From Gemmatimonadaceae bacterium (GTDB taxonomy: Bacteria > Gemmatimonadota > Gemmatimonadetes > Gemmatimonadales > Gemmatimonadaceae): a stretch of DNA of 64,000 nt. The notes beneath the pieces are model-generated. The model saw only the letters and a list, made by a program, of their open reading frames with translations. It ran no database searches and was not told where the DNA came from. The stretch is taken from contig JBHYGA010000005.1 in assembly GCA_051859245.1 (NCBI GenBank), positions 763,537 to 827,536 of the forward strand, written 5' to 3'. The position numbers and the translations under genes were made by a program. Shown one piece after another: positions 1 through 8,195 of the stretch; positions within the stretch are counted from its first letter, which is position 1, and the number at the start of each line of letters is the position of its first letter.

Positions 1-687
1 GCGATTGCGAGCGCGCTGCGCGACATGAAGCCGCGCACCGCCGTGGCCTGTGTTGACGCAACCACATTTGTCGAAGAGCTGGTCGCGGCCATGCAGGAAG
101 GTGGCGTGGAGCGCTGGAGAGCACGTTATCGCGCCGCCGAAGTACTGGTCATTGATGATGTGCATCAACTCGCCGACAAAGAGCGCACGCAGGAAGAGCT
201 CTTTCATCTGTTCAATGTGTTGCATGATCGTGGTGCGCAGATTGTGCTGACCAGTGATCGGGCGCCGCGCGAGTTGCGCGGTATGGCCGATCGCTTGCGC
301 TCGCGATTTGAAGGCGGACTGGTAGTCGTGCTGCAGCCGCCTGATCGCGCGTTGCGCGAACGGCTGGTGCGTCGCCTGCTGATCGAAGCCGGCTACGCGG
401 ACGACGCAACACTGGTGTCGTACCTGTCCGATCGTGAAGCGACCAGCGCGCGTGAACTCGAAGGTGTGATTACCCGCCTTGCTGCGGCCGCAGATTTGCT
501 GGCGGTGCCGCTGGATTTACCCCTGGCGCGACGCGAGCTGGAAGGCGTGACGCGCATGGTCGCGGCCACACCGCGCGCTGGCGTTCCGCTTCGCGACGGT
601 GCGCAAGACGCCTTCTTCCTTGATCACGAAAAAATTCTCTGGGATTGGCCCGATGCCGGTGATCGTTTGCTCGAGGACTTCCGATAA
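1..687 (+). CDS. DnaA/Hda-family AAA+ ATPase (5'-truncated by window edge), lacking DnaA domain IV
   Basis: Frame open from base 1. Walker B VLVIDDVHQL, TQEELFHLFN, sensor I LTSDRAP, Arg finger RLRSRFEGGL and sensor II SARELEG are DnaA domain III motifs. The protein ends in a short DAFFLDHEKILWDWPD tail instead of the domain IV HTH. Stop overlaps next start (TAATG). Confidence 0.85.
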   Translation, partial: AIASALRDMKPRTAVACVDATTFVEELVAAMQEGGVERWRARYRAAEVLVIDDVHQLADKERTQEELFHLFNVLHDRGAQIVLTSDRAPRELRGMADRLRSRFEGGLVVVLQPPDRALRERLVRRLLIEAGYADDATLVSYLSDREATSARELEGVITRLAAAADLLAVPLDLPLARRELEGVTRMVAATPRAGVPLRDGAQDAFFLDHEKILWDWPDAGDRLLEDFR

Positions 688-2312
688 TGGCGATTCGCGG
701 AAGTCTTAGCGAAGCAAGTCTGGCGGATGTGCTGCAGCTGCTGGCACTCGGTCAGAAAACGGGTGTGCTCAGTCTGGCGCGCGAAGGCAGTTTCGGGGCG
801 GTGCACTTTGACCGTGGTGCGATCTGGCACGCATCTTTGGTGAATCGACGGGACCGACTGGCCGACCGACTGCTGCGCGCCGGCGTTATTGAGGCCGACG
901 CGTTAGCGCGCATTCAGGCCGAGCTGCCGGATGACGACGACCGACAGCTCGCCCGACTGTTGCTCGCGCGCGAACTCGTGCCTGGCGACATGATCGCGCG
1001 CGAGTGCCGCGCGTTGATCGAAGAAATTGTGTGTGTGTTGTTCACGTGGAATGCGGGTACGTTCGCGTTTGAAGCGCAGCAGTCGCCGGCGGATCCGCTG
1101 ATCGTGGCCGTACCAGCGGATTCGCTGCTCATGGAAGCCGCGCGTCGCGTGGATGAATGGACGCAGATTGAAAAGAAGATTCCGTCGCTCGATCTTATCT
1201 TTGAGATCGATGTGGTGAGGCTGCAGCAAAGTGGCGTAGCGCTCACGTCTGATCAGTCGATCGTAGCACCGTGGCTTGATGGCACGCATGATGTGGCATC
1301 AATCGTCGAGCGGTCAGGGCTTGGCGAGTTCGCGGTCGGTAAAGCGGTGTACGGCTTGGTCACGGCCGGATTTGCGCAGCGAGTGGGCCGCAGCTCGGCG
1401 CGCCGTCAGCCGGCGCCGGAAAGTCGTGTGGCCGAGCACCGCAATCTTGGCGTGGCGTTCTACCGCACGGGCATGTATGACGAGGCCTCGCGGGAGTTCC
1501 GCCGTGTGCTCGAGCTGCGTGCCGATGATCTGGGCGCGCGCTTTCATCTGGGTCTGGTACACGTGCGTCGTGAAGCCTGGGATGCGGCCATCGACATGCT
1601 GCGGCGTGCGGCTGAACAGCTCGATGCCAAACCTGCGGTGTTGCAGGCCCTCGCGTATGCCTACGAACGCAGTGGGCAGCTGGAGTTGGCGGAGAGCACG
1701 CTGGCGGAAGCGGCACGTCGCGGCGGTTCTGAAGATCCGCGCGTGGCGTTGTCACAGGCGGTGGTGGCTACGCTGCGCGGTGATCTGCCACGCGCTGAAG
1801 AACGTCTGTCCACCGCACGCTCGCTGTGGGGAGCGCGCCAGCCCAGTGCCGTGTGGTTTCATCATGCGGGGCTCGCGGCAGCGCTGCGTGGTGAGACGGA
1901 TCGAGCGGTGGCGCTGCTTGAAGAAGGCACCGCGCTGCATCCGCACGCCACGGTGTTGTTCAATGATCTGGCCGTGGTGCAGGAGCGTCGCGGCGCTCAC
2001 GAAGCCGCGGCTCGTACGCTTGAACATGCACTGCTCGAAGAAAGTGGTCTGCCGCAGCTGCACAAGAATCTCGGCGACTACAAGTATCGTGCGCAGCAGT
2101 ATGACGATGCGTGTGACTCGTACGAGCGGGTGGTGCGACTTGCACCTGACCACGGTGCCGATGTGTGGCTGAAGATCGGCAATATTCACTATCGCCGCGG
2201 CGATCAGTTTGCGGCGCGGGAAGCCTGGGAACGAGCGCTGGCGATTGATCCAGGCAACGCCATCGTGCGCGGGAACCTCGGCGTATCGCGCGGACAGGAG
2301 ACCGCCGCGTGA
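687..2312 (+). CDS. DUF4388 (PatA-N-like) domain protein with C-terminal TPR repeats
   Basis: N-terminus IRGSLSEASLADVLQLLALGQKTGVL and LLMEAARRVDEW are typical of DUF4388. Multiple TPRs (HRNLGVAFYRTGMYDEASREF, LHKNLGDYKY, WLKIGNIHYRRG...ALAIDPGN). Confidence 0.8.
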   Translation: MAIRGSLSEASLADVLQLLALGQKTGVLSLAREGSFGAVHFDRGAIWHASLVNRRDRLADRLLRAGVIEADALARIQAELPDDDDRQLARLLLARELVPGDMIARECRALIEEIVCVLFTWNAGTFAFEAQQSPADPLIVAVPADSLLMEAARRVDEWTQIEKKIPSLDLIFEIDVVRLQQSGVALTSDQSIVAPWLDGTHDVASIVERSGLGEFAVGKAVYGLVTAGFAQRVGRSSARRQPAPESRVAEHRNLGVAFYRTGMYDEASREFRRVLELRADDLGARFHLGLVHVRREAWDAAIDMLRRAAEQLDAKPAVLQALAYAYERSGQLELAESTLAEAARRGGSEDPRVALSQAVVATLRGDLPRAEERLSTARSLWGARQPSAVWFHHAGLAAALRGETDRAVALLEEGTALHPHATVLFNDLAVVQERRGAHEAAARTLEHALLEESGLPQLHKNLGDYKYRAQQYDDACDSYERVVRLAPDHGADVWLKIGNIHYRRGDQFAAREAWERALAIDPGNAIVRGNLGVSRGQETAA

Positions 2313-3127
2313 GCACCGTCGACGAGCGTTCCGTTGCGAACCTCGACGATGGACTGGATCGCCTGCTCGCAAAGATTGCGAGTGAGCACGGTGTCCCGTG
2401 CCTCGGGTACAAGCCGTCGTGTTTGCGCCGTCGCGTAAGCGTGCGCCTTCGTGCTACAGGCACTCAGAACTTCGCCGCGTACGCGGCGCTGCTCGATGCG
2501 CAGCCAGAGGAGTGGCCACGCCTGCTTGATGCGCTCACGATCAACGTGACTGGCTTTTTCCGGGACCACAGCGTGTATCGCGTGCTGCGTGAGCAGGTGA
2601 TCCCATCACTCATGGGAGCGCACCCGAATACACTTCGCGCGTGGAGCGCGGGCTGCGCCAGCGGTGAAGAAGCGTGGAGCATCGCCATGCTGCTCGCTGA
2701 GTGCGCGGGCGTGACGCGTACACAGGTGCTCGCCACGGACATCGATACGCAGAGCCTCGCACGAGCCACGGCTGGCGCGTACCCCGCGATTATTGCGCGC
2801 GAAATGCCCGAGGAGTTGCAGCGGCAGTGGTGGTCGGGGCACGAACCAGTGGTCGTGAGCGACGCGTTGCGGCGTTGCGTAACATTTGGGCGGTTCAACC
2901 TGCTCACTGATCAGGCACCGCCGTCCGCGTACGATCTGATCACCTGCCGCAACGTGCTGATCTATTTTGCGCGTGACGCGCAAGAGTCGCTCTTCATGCG
3001 CTTCGCCGACGCGTTGCGCATTGGCGGTGTGCTCGTGCTCGGCAAGGTGGAAATTCTGTCAGGGCCAGCGCGTGCGCGATTTGCGGCTATTGACGCGCGT
3101 GAGCGTATTTATCGGCGCGTGGCATGA
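2309..3127 (+). CDS. cheR: protein-glutamate O-methyltransferase CheR
   Basis: TINVTGFFRD, AWSAGCASGEE, LATDID, DLITCRNVLIYF motifs; GTGA overlap with upstream stop. Confidence 0.93.
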   Translation: MSTVDERSVANLDDGLDRLLAKIASEHGVPCLGYKPSCLRRRVSVRLRATGTQNFAAYAALLDAQPEEWPRLLDALTINVTGFFRDHSVYRVLREQVIPSLMGAHPNTLRAWSAGCASGEEAWSIAMLLAECAGVTRTQVLATDIDTQSLARATAGAYPAIIAREMPEELQRQWWSGHEPVVVSDALRRCVTFGRFNLLTDQAPPSAYDLITCRNVLIYFARDAQESLFMRFADALRIGGVLVLGKVEILSGPARARFAAIDARERIYRRVA

Positions 3128-3603
3128 CGGAGATTCGCGTGTCGATTGCCGACTATGCGGTGGCGCGGGGCGGAACACGTCTGATCACGGTGGGCCTCGG
3201 CTCGTGCGTGGCGATTGCGTTGCATGCTAAAGCGCAGAACGCAGGCGCACTCGCGCATGTGATGCTACCGCACGAAGCGCTGTCGAGCGATCGTTCAAGT
3301 CCGGGCAAGTTCGCGTCGTCGGCCGTGCCGCATATGCTCACGCAACTGAAAGCGCTTGGTGTGGTGGACGGACTTGAGGCGCGGCTGGTTGGTGGAGCAT
3401 CCATGTTTGAGCAACTGCTGCCAACTGGTGCCGTGCCGCTCGGCACTCGCAATGTGGCGGCGGCGCGCGCGGCCTGCGCGGCCGCGGGAATTCCGATTGT
3501 CGCGGAAGACACCGGCGGTGGTTTTGGTCGCAGCGTGTTCTTTGATATCAACGAAGGACGTTTAACGGTGCGCTCCGTGGCGCGTGGCGATGTTGAGCTC
3601 TGA
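3124..3603 (+). CDS. cheD: chemoreceptor glutamine deamidase CheD
   Basis: TVGLGSCVAI (catalytic Cys), LAHVMLP (His), PGKFA, LVGGASMF, AEDTGG-GRSV; ATGA overlap. Confidence 0.92.
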   Translation: MTEIRVSIADYAVARGGTRLITVGLGSCVAIALHAKAQNAGALAHVMLPHEALSSDRSSPGKFASSAVPHMLTQLKALGVVDGLEARLVGGASMFEQLLPTGAVPLGTRNVAAARAACAAAGIPIVAEDTGGGFGRSVFFDINEGRLTVRSVARGDVEL

Positions 3604-4702
3604 CGTGACACGCCGCCGCCGCGTGCTTGTGGTGGATGACAGCGCCTTCATGCGCCGTCTGATTCGCGATCTCATCACCGATAGTGGTGAGTTTGATGTG
3701 ATCGGTGTGGCGAAGGATGGGACCGAAGCCATTCGCATGGTGCACGAACTGGACCCGGAGATCGTCACGCTCGACATCGAGATGCCCGGACTCGACGGCC
3801 TTGAGGTCCTGGGCTACATCATGAGTGAAGTGCCGCGCGCCGTGGTCATGCTTAGTGCCGGCGGGGGCGATGGCGCGGCCGCGAGCACGTTGCGCGCGCT
3901 TGAACTGGGTGCGGTGGATTTTGTGCGCAAGCCATCGGGTCCGATCAGCATCGACTTTGCGCGCGTTGCTGATCGGTTGCTTGATGCACTGCGTGCCGCG
4001 GCAGAAATGCGTGTGGAGAAGGTGCACGTGCTCGCGCGCCCCCTTGGTGCATCGCACGCCTCACGCCGATTGCGAGCGGTATCCACGCCGGCCACGTGCG
4101 CGGTGGTGATCGCCGCATCAACCGGCGGACCGGCGGCGCTCACGCAGGTGATTCCGCGCCTGCCACGAGGGTTGGGCGCGGCGGTGCTGGTGGTGCAGCA
4201 CATGCCCAAGGGTTTTACCGCGAGTCTCGCACAACGTCTTGATGCCGCCAGTCAGTTGCGCGTGTGCGAAGCGACTGATGGTGATCTTGTGCAGCCCGAT
4301 ACCGTGTACATCGCGCCGGGCGGTTTGCACATGCGCGTGCTCTCCACGGTGGACGGTCCGCGCCTGTCACTCGAGCACGGTCCCACCATGTGGGGCGTGC
4401 GTCCCGCTGCGGACCCGCTGTTTTCATCGGCAGCCGAGACGTTCGGTGCGCAACTGGTGGGTGTCGTGCTCACCGGCATGGGACGCGACGGTGCCGATGG
4501 CTTGCGGCTGGTGCGTGCGGCTGGCGGAGCAGCACTGGTGCAGGATCCGGCGCACGCCGTGATTCCGGGCATGCCGAATGCCGCGCTGCGGCACGCTGGT
4601 GCCGATGCCATTGTGCCAATCGGTGAAATGGCGCACATGATTGAACAACAGCTCGCGCTGCTGCCGCCATACACGCCGCAGGCTCGCGGAGGTGTCGCGT
4701 GA
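3584..4702 (+). CDS. cheB: chemotaxis response regulator methylesterase CheB (REC + esterase); start 3584 or 3590
   Basis: REC: VLVVDDS, TLDIEMP. Esterase triad motifs AASTGGP, VQHMP, LTGMGRDGA. Confidence 0.95.
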   Translation: MAMLSSDVTRRRRVLVVDDSAFMRRLIRDLITDSGEFDVIGVAKDGTEAIRMVHELDPEIVTLDIEMPGLDGLEVLGYIMSEVPRAVVMLSAGGGDGAAASTLRALELGAVDFVRKPSGPISIDFARVADRLLDALRAAAEMRVEKVHVLARPLGASHASRRLRAVSTPATCAVVIAASTGGPAALTQVIPRLPRGLGAAVLVVQHMPKGFTASLAQRLDAASQLRVCEATDGDLVQPDTVYIAPGGLHMRVLSTVDGPRLSLEHGPTMWGVRPAADPLFSSAAETFGAQLVGVVLTGMGRDGADGLRLVRAAGGAALVQDPAHAVIPGMPNAALRHAGADAIVPIGEMAHMIEQQLALLPPYTPQARGGVA

Positions 4703-5157
4703 CCATCACACACGACCTGCTCCTGTTCGACGTGGGCGCCGAGCGATTTGCGGTGCCGTTGGCGGCGCTGCGATCTGTCGAGGACAGCGTGCGTGTGCAA
4801 CGCACACGCGTTCCGCACGAGCGGGGTGTTGGTGTGTGGCGTACAGATGATGCGTTCGTTACGGTGTACGAGCCGGCGCCGGTGCTGGGTGTGTCGCTGC
4901 ACAGCGCGGAACCGCTGCTCATGTTATTGAGCGGTGCGAGCGGGAACGTGGGATTGCTCGTCGATCATGCGGAGGCTGCAGTGGCGGTTGACACCGGCGC
5001 GTTGCGCGATCTCTCGGGGCTTGGCGCTGGCGACCGCGTGGTGCTGGGTGCCTTGCGCCACGAGGAACGGTGGGTGACTCTGCTCGATGCCGGTGCACTG
5101 GTCGATGCGTTGGCCACGCGCGTTGGGTTGTCCTCGCACCAGGAGATGTCGTCGTGA
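4699..5157 (+). CDS. cheW: divergent CheW-like protein
   Basis: LLFDVGAERFAVPL, VGLLVD and C-terminal LLDAGAL fit the CheW pattern; size and operon position fit; core NLRG motif absent. Confidence 0.65.
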   Translation: MTITHDLLLFDVGAERFAVPLAALRSVEDSVRVQRTRVPHERGVGVWRTDDAFVTVYEPAPVLGVSLHSAEPLLMLLSGASGNVGLLVDHAEAAVAVDTGALRDLSGLGAGDRVVLGALRHEERWVTLLDAGALVDALATRVGLSSHQEMSS

Positions 5158-5669
5158 TTTCACGCACAGCTGCGGCCCAGGCGATTGTTGATCACGCCAC
5201 GCTCGTCACGTTTTCTGTTGGCACGCATTTGCTCGCGGCGCCGGTGGAACACGTGGAACGTGTCCTGCGGTGGACACAGCCCTCGCCCATGCCGCAGCTG
5301 CCAGACTGGCTGGACGGCGTGATTCCCCACGGCGGACGCATGGTTCCCGTGGTGGATCTGCGCAAGCGCTTTGGTCAGACGCGTGTTGAGTCCAACGCGT
5401 CCACGCGCATCGTGGTGTTCGCCGTTGGATCAGACTGGCTCGGTGCGGCGGTTGATGGTGTGCATGATGTCATCACCGTGGACGCGACCGGCATCACGCC
5501 GCCGCCCCCCGTGGTGCGCGGACTGTCCGGGCAGTACTTGTTGGGTCTCGCGTCGCGCAACGATCGGGTGGTCCTCGTGCTTGATGTGGGACGTTTGCTC
5601 ACCTCCACGGAACAGCTCGCGCTGCACGACGCCGAACTGAATCACGATTCACCAGCGCCCGACGCATGA
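5154..5669 (+). CDS. cheW: CheW adaptor protein
   Basis: LVTFSVG, VERVL, LPDWLDGVI, PVVDLRKRFG, LGAAVDGVHDV, VLDVGRLL. GTG start at 5154 overlaps the upstream stop (GTGA) and is preferred to the track start at 5070. Confidence 0.85.
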   Translation: MISRTAAAQAIVDHATLVTFSVGTHLLAAPVEHVERVLRWTQPSPMPQLPDWLDGVIPHGGRMVPVVDLRKRFGQTRVESNASTRIVVFAVGSDWLGAAVDGVHDVITVDATGITPPPPVVRGLSGQYLLGLASRNDRVVLVLDVGRLLTSTEQLALHDAELNHDSPAPDA

Positions 5670-6556
5670 CGGAACAGCTGTTGCCGACAGACGCGAGTCC
5701 CAACGCCCACACAACACTCGCCGAGCTGGTGCTCGCCGAGCAGTTGTTGCGTGAACGGTTGGCCGGCACACACAACGCGTCGGAGCGCGCGGCGCTGAAA
5801 GATGAGATCATTGCGCTGTTCCGCGCTGTTGAAGCCACGGAAGCGCGCGTGTCTGCGCTCAAGCAGTCAGTGAAGTCGCTCGCAGAAGAGTGGAAAAAAT
5901 CAGATGGTCGCGCGGCCAGTGGCTCGTCGCGCGGTGCGCAATCGCAGCGCGTGGATCATCTCGGCGCGTCCACATTTGTCGAGAAGGGCTGGTCGCGATT
6001 GGCGCTCGGAGACGCGCCGGCCGCGGAGGCCGCGCTGCACCGTGCATTGGCCCTGGCGCCCGGCAGCAATGAAGCCGAAGCGCTGCTCGGCTGGGCGCAG
6101 ATGATGCAGGAACAGTACGATGTCGCTCTGCTCACCTTTCACAATGTGTTGTTGCGCGAACCGCAGAACGCACTGGCGCGCACGAATGTGGGCTACATCT
6201 GTCTGCGCAAAAAGATCTATGGCGAGGCGATTGAGCACCTGACCAAAGCCATTCGCCTCGATAACGACCCCAAGGCCACGTTGTACGCGCACCTCTATCT
6301 CGGTTTGGTGTATTTCGATCGCGAGATGTACGACGACGCGCGAATGTTCTTTGCGAAGACGCTCGCGCTCGGCCCGAACATGCTGCAGGCGTATTTTGAA
6401 CTCGGTCGTGCGCATTGGTTTGCCGGCGATAAAGTGGCAGCGCGCGAGGCGTGGCGAGATGGCGCGGCGGCGAACAAGTTCAACCCATGGGGCAAGCGGT
6501 GCGCAGAGGTGCTGGCGGCGATCGAACAAGGGGAGCAACCTCCGCGCGAGGTGTAG
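5666..6556 (+). CDS. TPR protein with N-terminal coiled-coil-like segment
   Basis: Heptad-like LKDEIIALFRAVEATEARVSALKQSVKSLAEEW, then TPRs (ARTNVGYICLRKKIYGEAIEHLTKAI, AHLYLGLVYFDREMYDDA, AYFELGRAHW); ATGA overlap. Confidence 0.75.
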   Translation: MTEQLLPTDASPNAHTTLAELVLAEQLLRERLAGTHNASERAALKDEIIALFRAVEATEARVSALKQSVKSLAEEWKKSDGRAASGSSRGAQSQRVDHLGASTFVEKGWSRLALGDAPAAEAALHRALALAPGSNEAEALLGWAQMMQEQYDVALLTFHNVLLREPQNALARTNVGYICLRKKIYGEAIEHLTKAIRLDNDPKATLYAHLYLGLVYFDREMYDDARMFFAKTLALGPNMLQAYFELGRAHWFAGDKVAAREAWRDGAAANKFNPWGKRCAEVLAAIEQGEQPPREV

Positions 6557-7644
6557 TCAGCCGCGCGCTGCTGTGCCTGGCGCTGTTGTTAGCGGTGCCC
6601 ACTGCGGTTCACGCGCAGCGCGACGTGGTGCGCGCGCCCTCCGTGCCCGGCGCCGTGAATACCACGGATTCCCTCGCTGAACAAATGCGTGCTGGCGTGC
6701 CGAGCGGCGCGCAGCGCTTTGATCAAGGCCGCTTCACGGTCGTCGCTTACGCCTCCGACACGAAGTTGGCGCGCACAATGCTGTCCGCGGCGCTTCGGAA
6801 TGACACGTTTCCCGGCATTCGCCGACCGCGCGCCAGAGTGCTGATCGCAATCGCACCTGATGAAGCCCGGTTCCGCGCCTGGGCCGGTCCTTCGGCGCCG
6901 GAGTGGGGCGCGGCGGTGGCGTTCCCGTCGCTCCAGCGTGTGATCATGCAGGGCGCGCGCGCGGGCAGTGACGCCGGTGACCCCACCGCAGTGCTGCGGC
7001 ATGAGCTGGCGCATCTGGCGTTGTATGAGGCCATGGGTGACCTGCCTACGCGGTGGTTCGACGAAGGCTACGCCAGTGTGGCGGCAGGCGAGTGGGGGCG
7101 GGAAGAGGCGCTGGCGGCCAGCGTGGGGCTCGCGATCCGGGGCGTGCCCACGTTGGAGCAGTTGGAGCTGCTCTTTTATCGCGGCGCGAGTGATGCGCAG
7201 ATGGCGTATGCACTGGCGCATCGGGCCGTGGCCGATTTGCAGGCGAGAGATCCGTCCAATGGACTGCGTGTGTTCCTCGACACCTGGCGGTCGACCGGCT
7301 CGTTTGAGCAGGGGGTGCGCCGCGCGTACGGAATGACGTCAGCCGATTTCGAGAAGGACTGGCAGCGCGTGACGAGACGTCGCTATGGGACCCTGGCGCT
7401 TCTGGCCAATCTGTCGCTCGCGTTTGGCGTGTTCGCGCTGGTGCTTGGGCCGCTGGTGTACCAGCGCCGCAAGCGCGACAAGGCGCGCCTCGAGGCCATG
7501 CGTGTGGCGGACGCGGCGCAGGAGGCCGCGTTGAGGCAGAGCATGCTCGAGGCGATGCTGGCGGCGGACGTTTCGGCGGAGCCGCAGAGCGATGCGACAA
7601 TGTCCAGTACAGACGAAACATTACACTCTGATGAAGTCCGTTGA
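6487..7644 (+). CDS. exported, C-terminally membrane-anchored zinc metallopeptidase (peptidase MA-like); start uncertain (6451/6487/6499)
   Basis: Signal-like ALLCLALLLAVPTAVHA-Q; HELAH followed by WFDEG (gluzincin-type third ligand); hydrophobic LALLANLSLAFGVFALVLGPLVY then RRKR. Confidence 0.7.
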   Translation: MGQAVRRGAGGDRTRGATSARGVVSRALLCLALLLAVPTAVHAQRDVVRAPSVPGAVNTTDSLAEQMRAGVPSGAQRFDQGRFTVVAYASDTKLARTMLSAALRNDTFPGIRRPRARVLIAIAPDEARFRAWAGPSAPEWGAAVAFPSLQRVIMQGARAGSDAGDPTAVLRHELAHLALYEAMGDLPTRWFDEGYASVAAGEWGREEALAASVGLAIRGVPTLEQLELLFYRGASDAQMAYALAHRAVADLQARDPSNGLRVFLDTWRSTGSFEQGVRRAYGMTSADFEKDWQRVTRRRYGTLALLANLSLAFGVFALVLGPLVYQRRKRDKARLEAMRVADAAQEAALRQSMLEAMLAADVSAEPQSDATMSSTDETLHSDEVR

Positions 7645-7669
7645 CAGCTACTTCATGCGAGTCTAGGGT
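7641..7669 (+). promoter_or_regulatory. sigma70-type promoter, probably leaderless transcript
   Basis: TTGACA (7641-7646), 17 nt, TAGGGT (7664-7669), 6 nt, ATG at 7676. Confidence 0.65.
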
Positions 7670-7675
7670 TCCGCG

Positions 7676-7855
7676 ATGATTGTTGCGTCACCGACACATC
7701 GACCGCGTCGCACCGTGCTGTGGTGGGGGCTGGTTTTCGCCGCGCTGGCCGTTGGGTATGGTGATTTGTGGCGTGGTGGCATCACAATCGGGCCGATTAT
7801 GCTGGTCCTCGCCTATTGTGTGCTGGTCCCGATCGCCATCGTTCGGCGTTCGTAG
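7676..7855 (+). CDS. 59-aa two-TM membrane protein (DUF3098-like), absent from ORF track
   Basis: Manual translation: MIVASPTHRPRRTVLWWGLVFAALAVGYGDLWRGGITIGPIMLVLAYCVLVPIAIVRRS*. Two hydrophobic helices, basic termini, promoter directly upstream. Confidence 0.7.
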   Translation: MIVASPTHRPRRTVLWWGLVFAALAVGYGDLWRGGITIGPIMLVLAYCVLVPIAIVRRS

Positions 7856-7913
7856 GGAACTGCTGGTCCCGTTCAACGGTATAGCGAGGTAGACCGTAAA
7901 GGCGGAGTTCGTT

Positions 7914-7987
7914 GGGCGAATAGCTCAGTTGGTTAGAGCGCCTGCCTTACACGCAGGATGTCGGGGGTTCGAGTCCCTCTTCGCCCA
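7914..7987 (+). tRNA. tRNA-Val (anticodon TAC), 3' CCA not encoded
   Basis: Acceptor stem GGGCGAA/TTCGCCC plus discriminator A; D arm GCTC-AGTTGGTTA-GAGC; anticodon arm CCTGC-CTTACAC-GCAGG; T loop GTTCGAGTC. Confidence 0.97.
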
Positions 7988-8195
7988 TGCAGTGCCGGTC
8001 TCATGTGCTGACCGGTGAATGCTGTTCTACGTCACGATACGGTCAGCAGGTTGCCATGTCAGTCGTGCAGCAGCAACTTTTGCAGCTATTCCAGAACGGC
8101 GGTCTGTCCGTCGATCAGCGCTCCGAGTTGGTCTTGCGGCGCAATGCGCGTCGTCGAGGGTTGCTTCGGATTCACGGTGCGGAGGTACGACTTTG

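Noticed and set aside
1..687. Calling the first ORF dnaA and the region oriC
   Set aside because: No domain IV, no dnaN/recF/gyrB downstream and no DnaA-box cluster seen.
5219..5233. TGGCACGCATTTGCT resembling a sigma54 promoter
   Set aside because: GG-to-GC spacing is 9 nt instead of the required 10, and it lies inside cheW coding sequence.
7680..7892. Track ORFs 7680..7892 (+) and 7688..7876 (-)
   Set aside because: The 7676..7855 frame has a promoter-aligned ATG and a coherent two-TM product; these alternatives show no protein features.
7914..8195. tRNA-Val as integration site of a genomic island
   Set aside because: No integrase, no duplicated tRNA 3' end noticed, and downstream genes are core housekeeping.
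8019..8195. Upstream-extended starts in the track (also murC 21444, ftsY 29716, tolC 39555, mazG 44388, alr 44288, 53697)
   Set aside because: Extensions overlap neighbours or promoters; downstream starts fit SD or -10 signals, signal peptides and family N-termini better.
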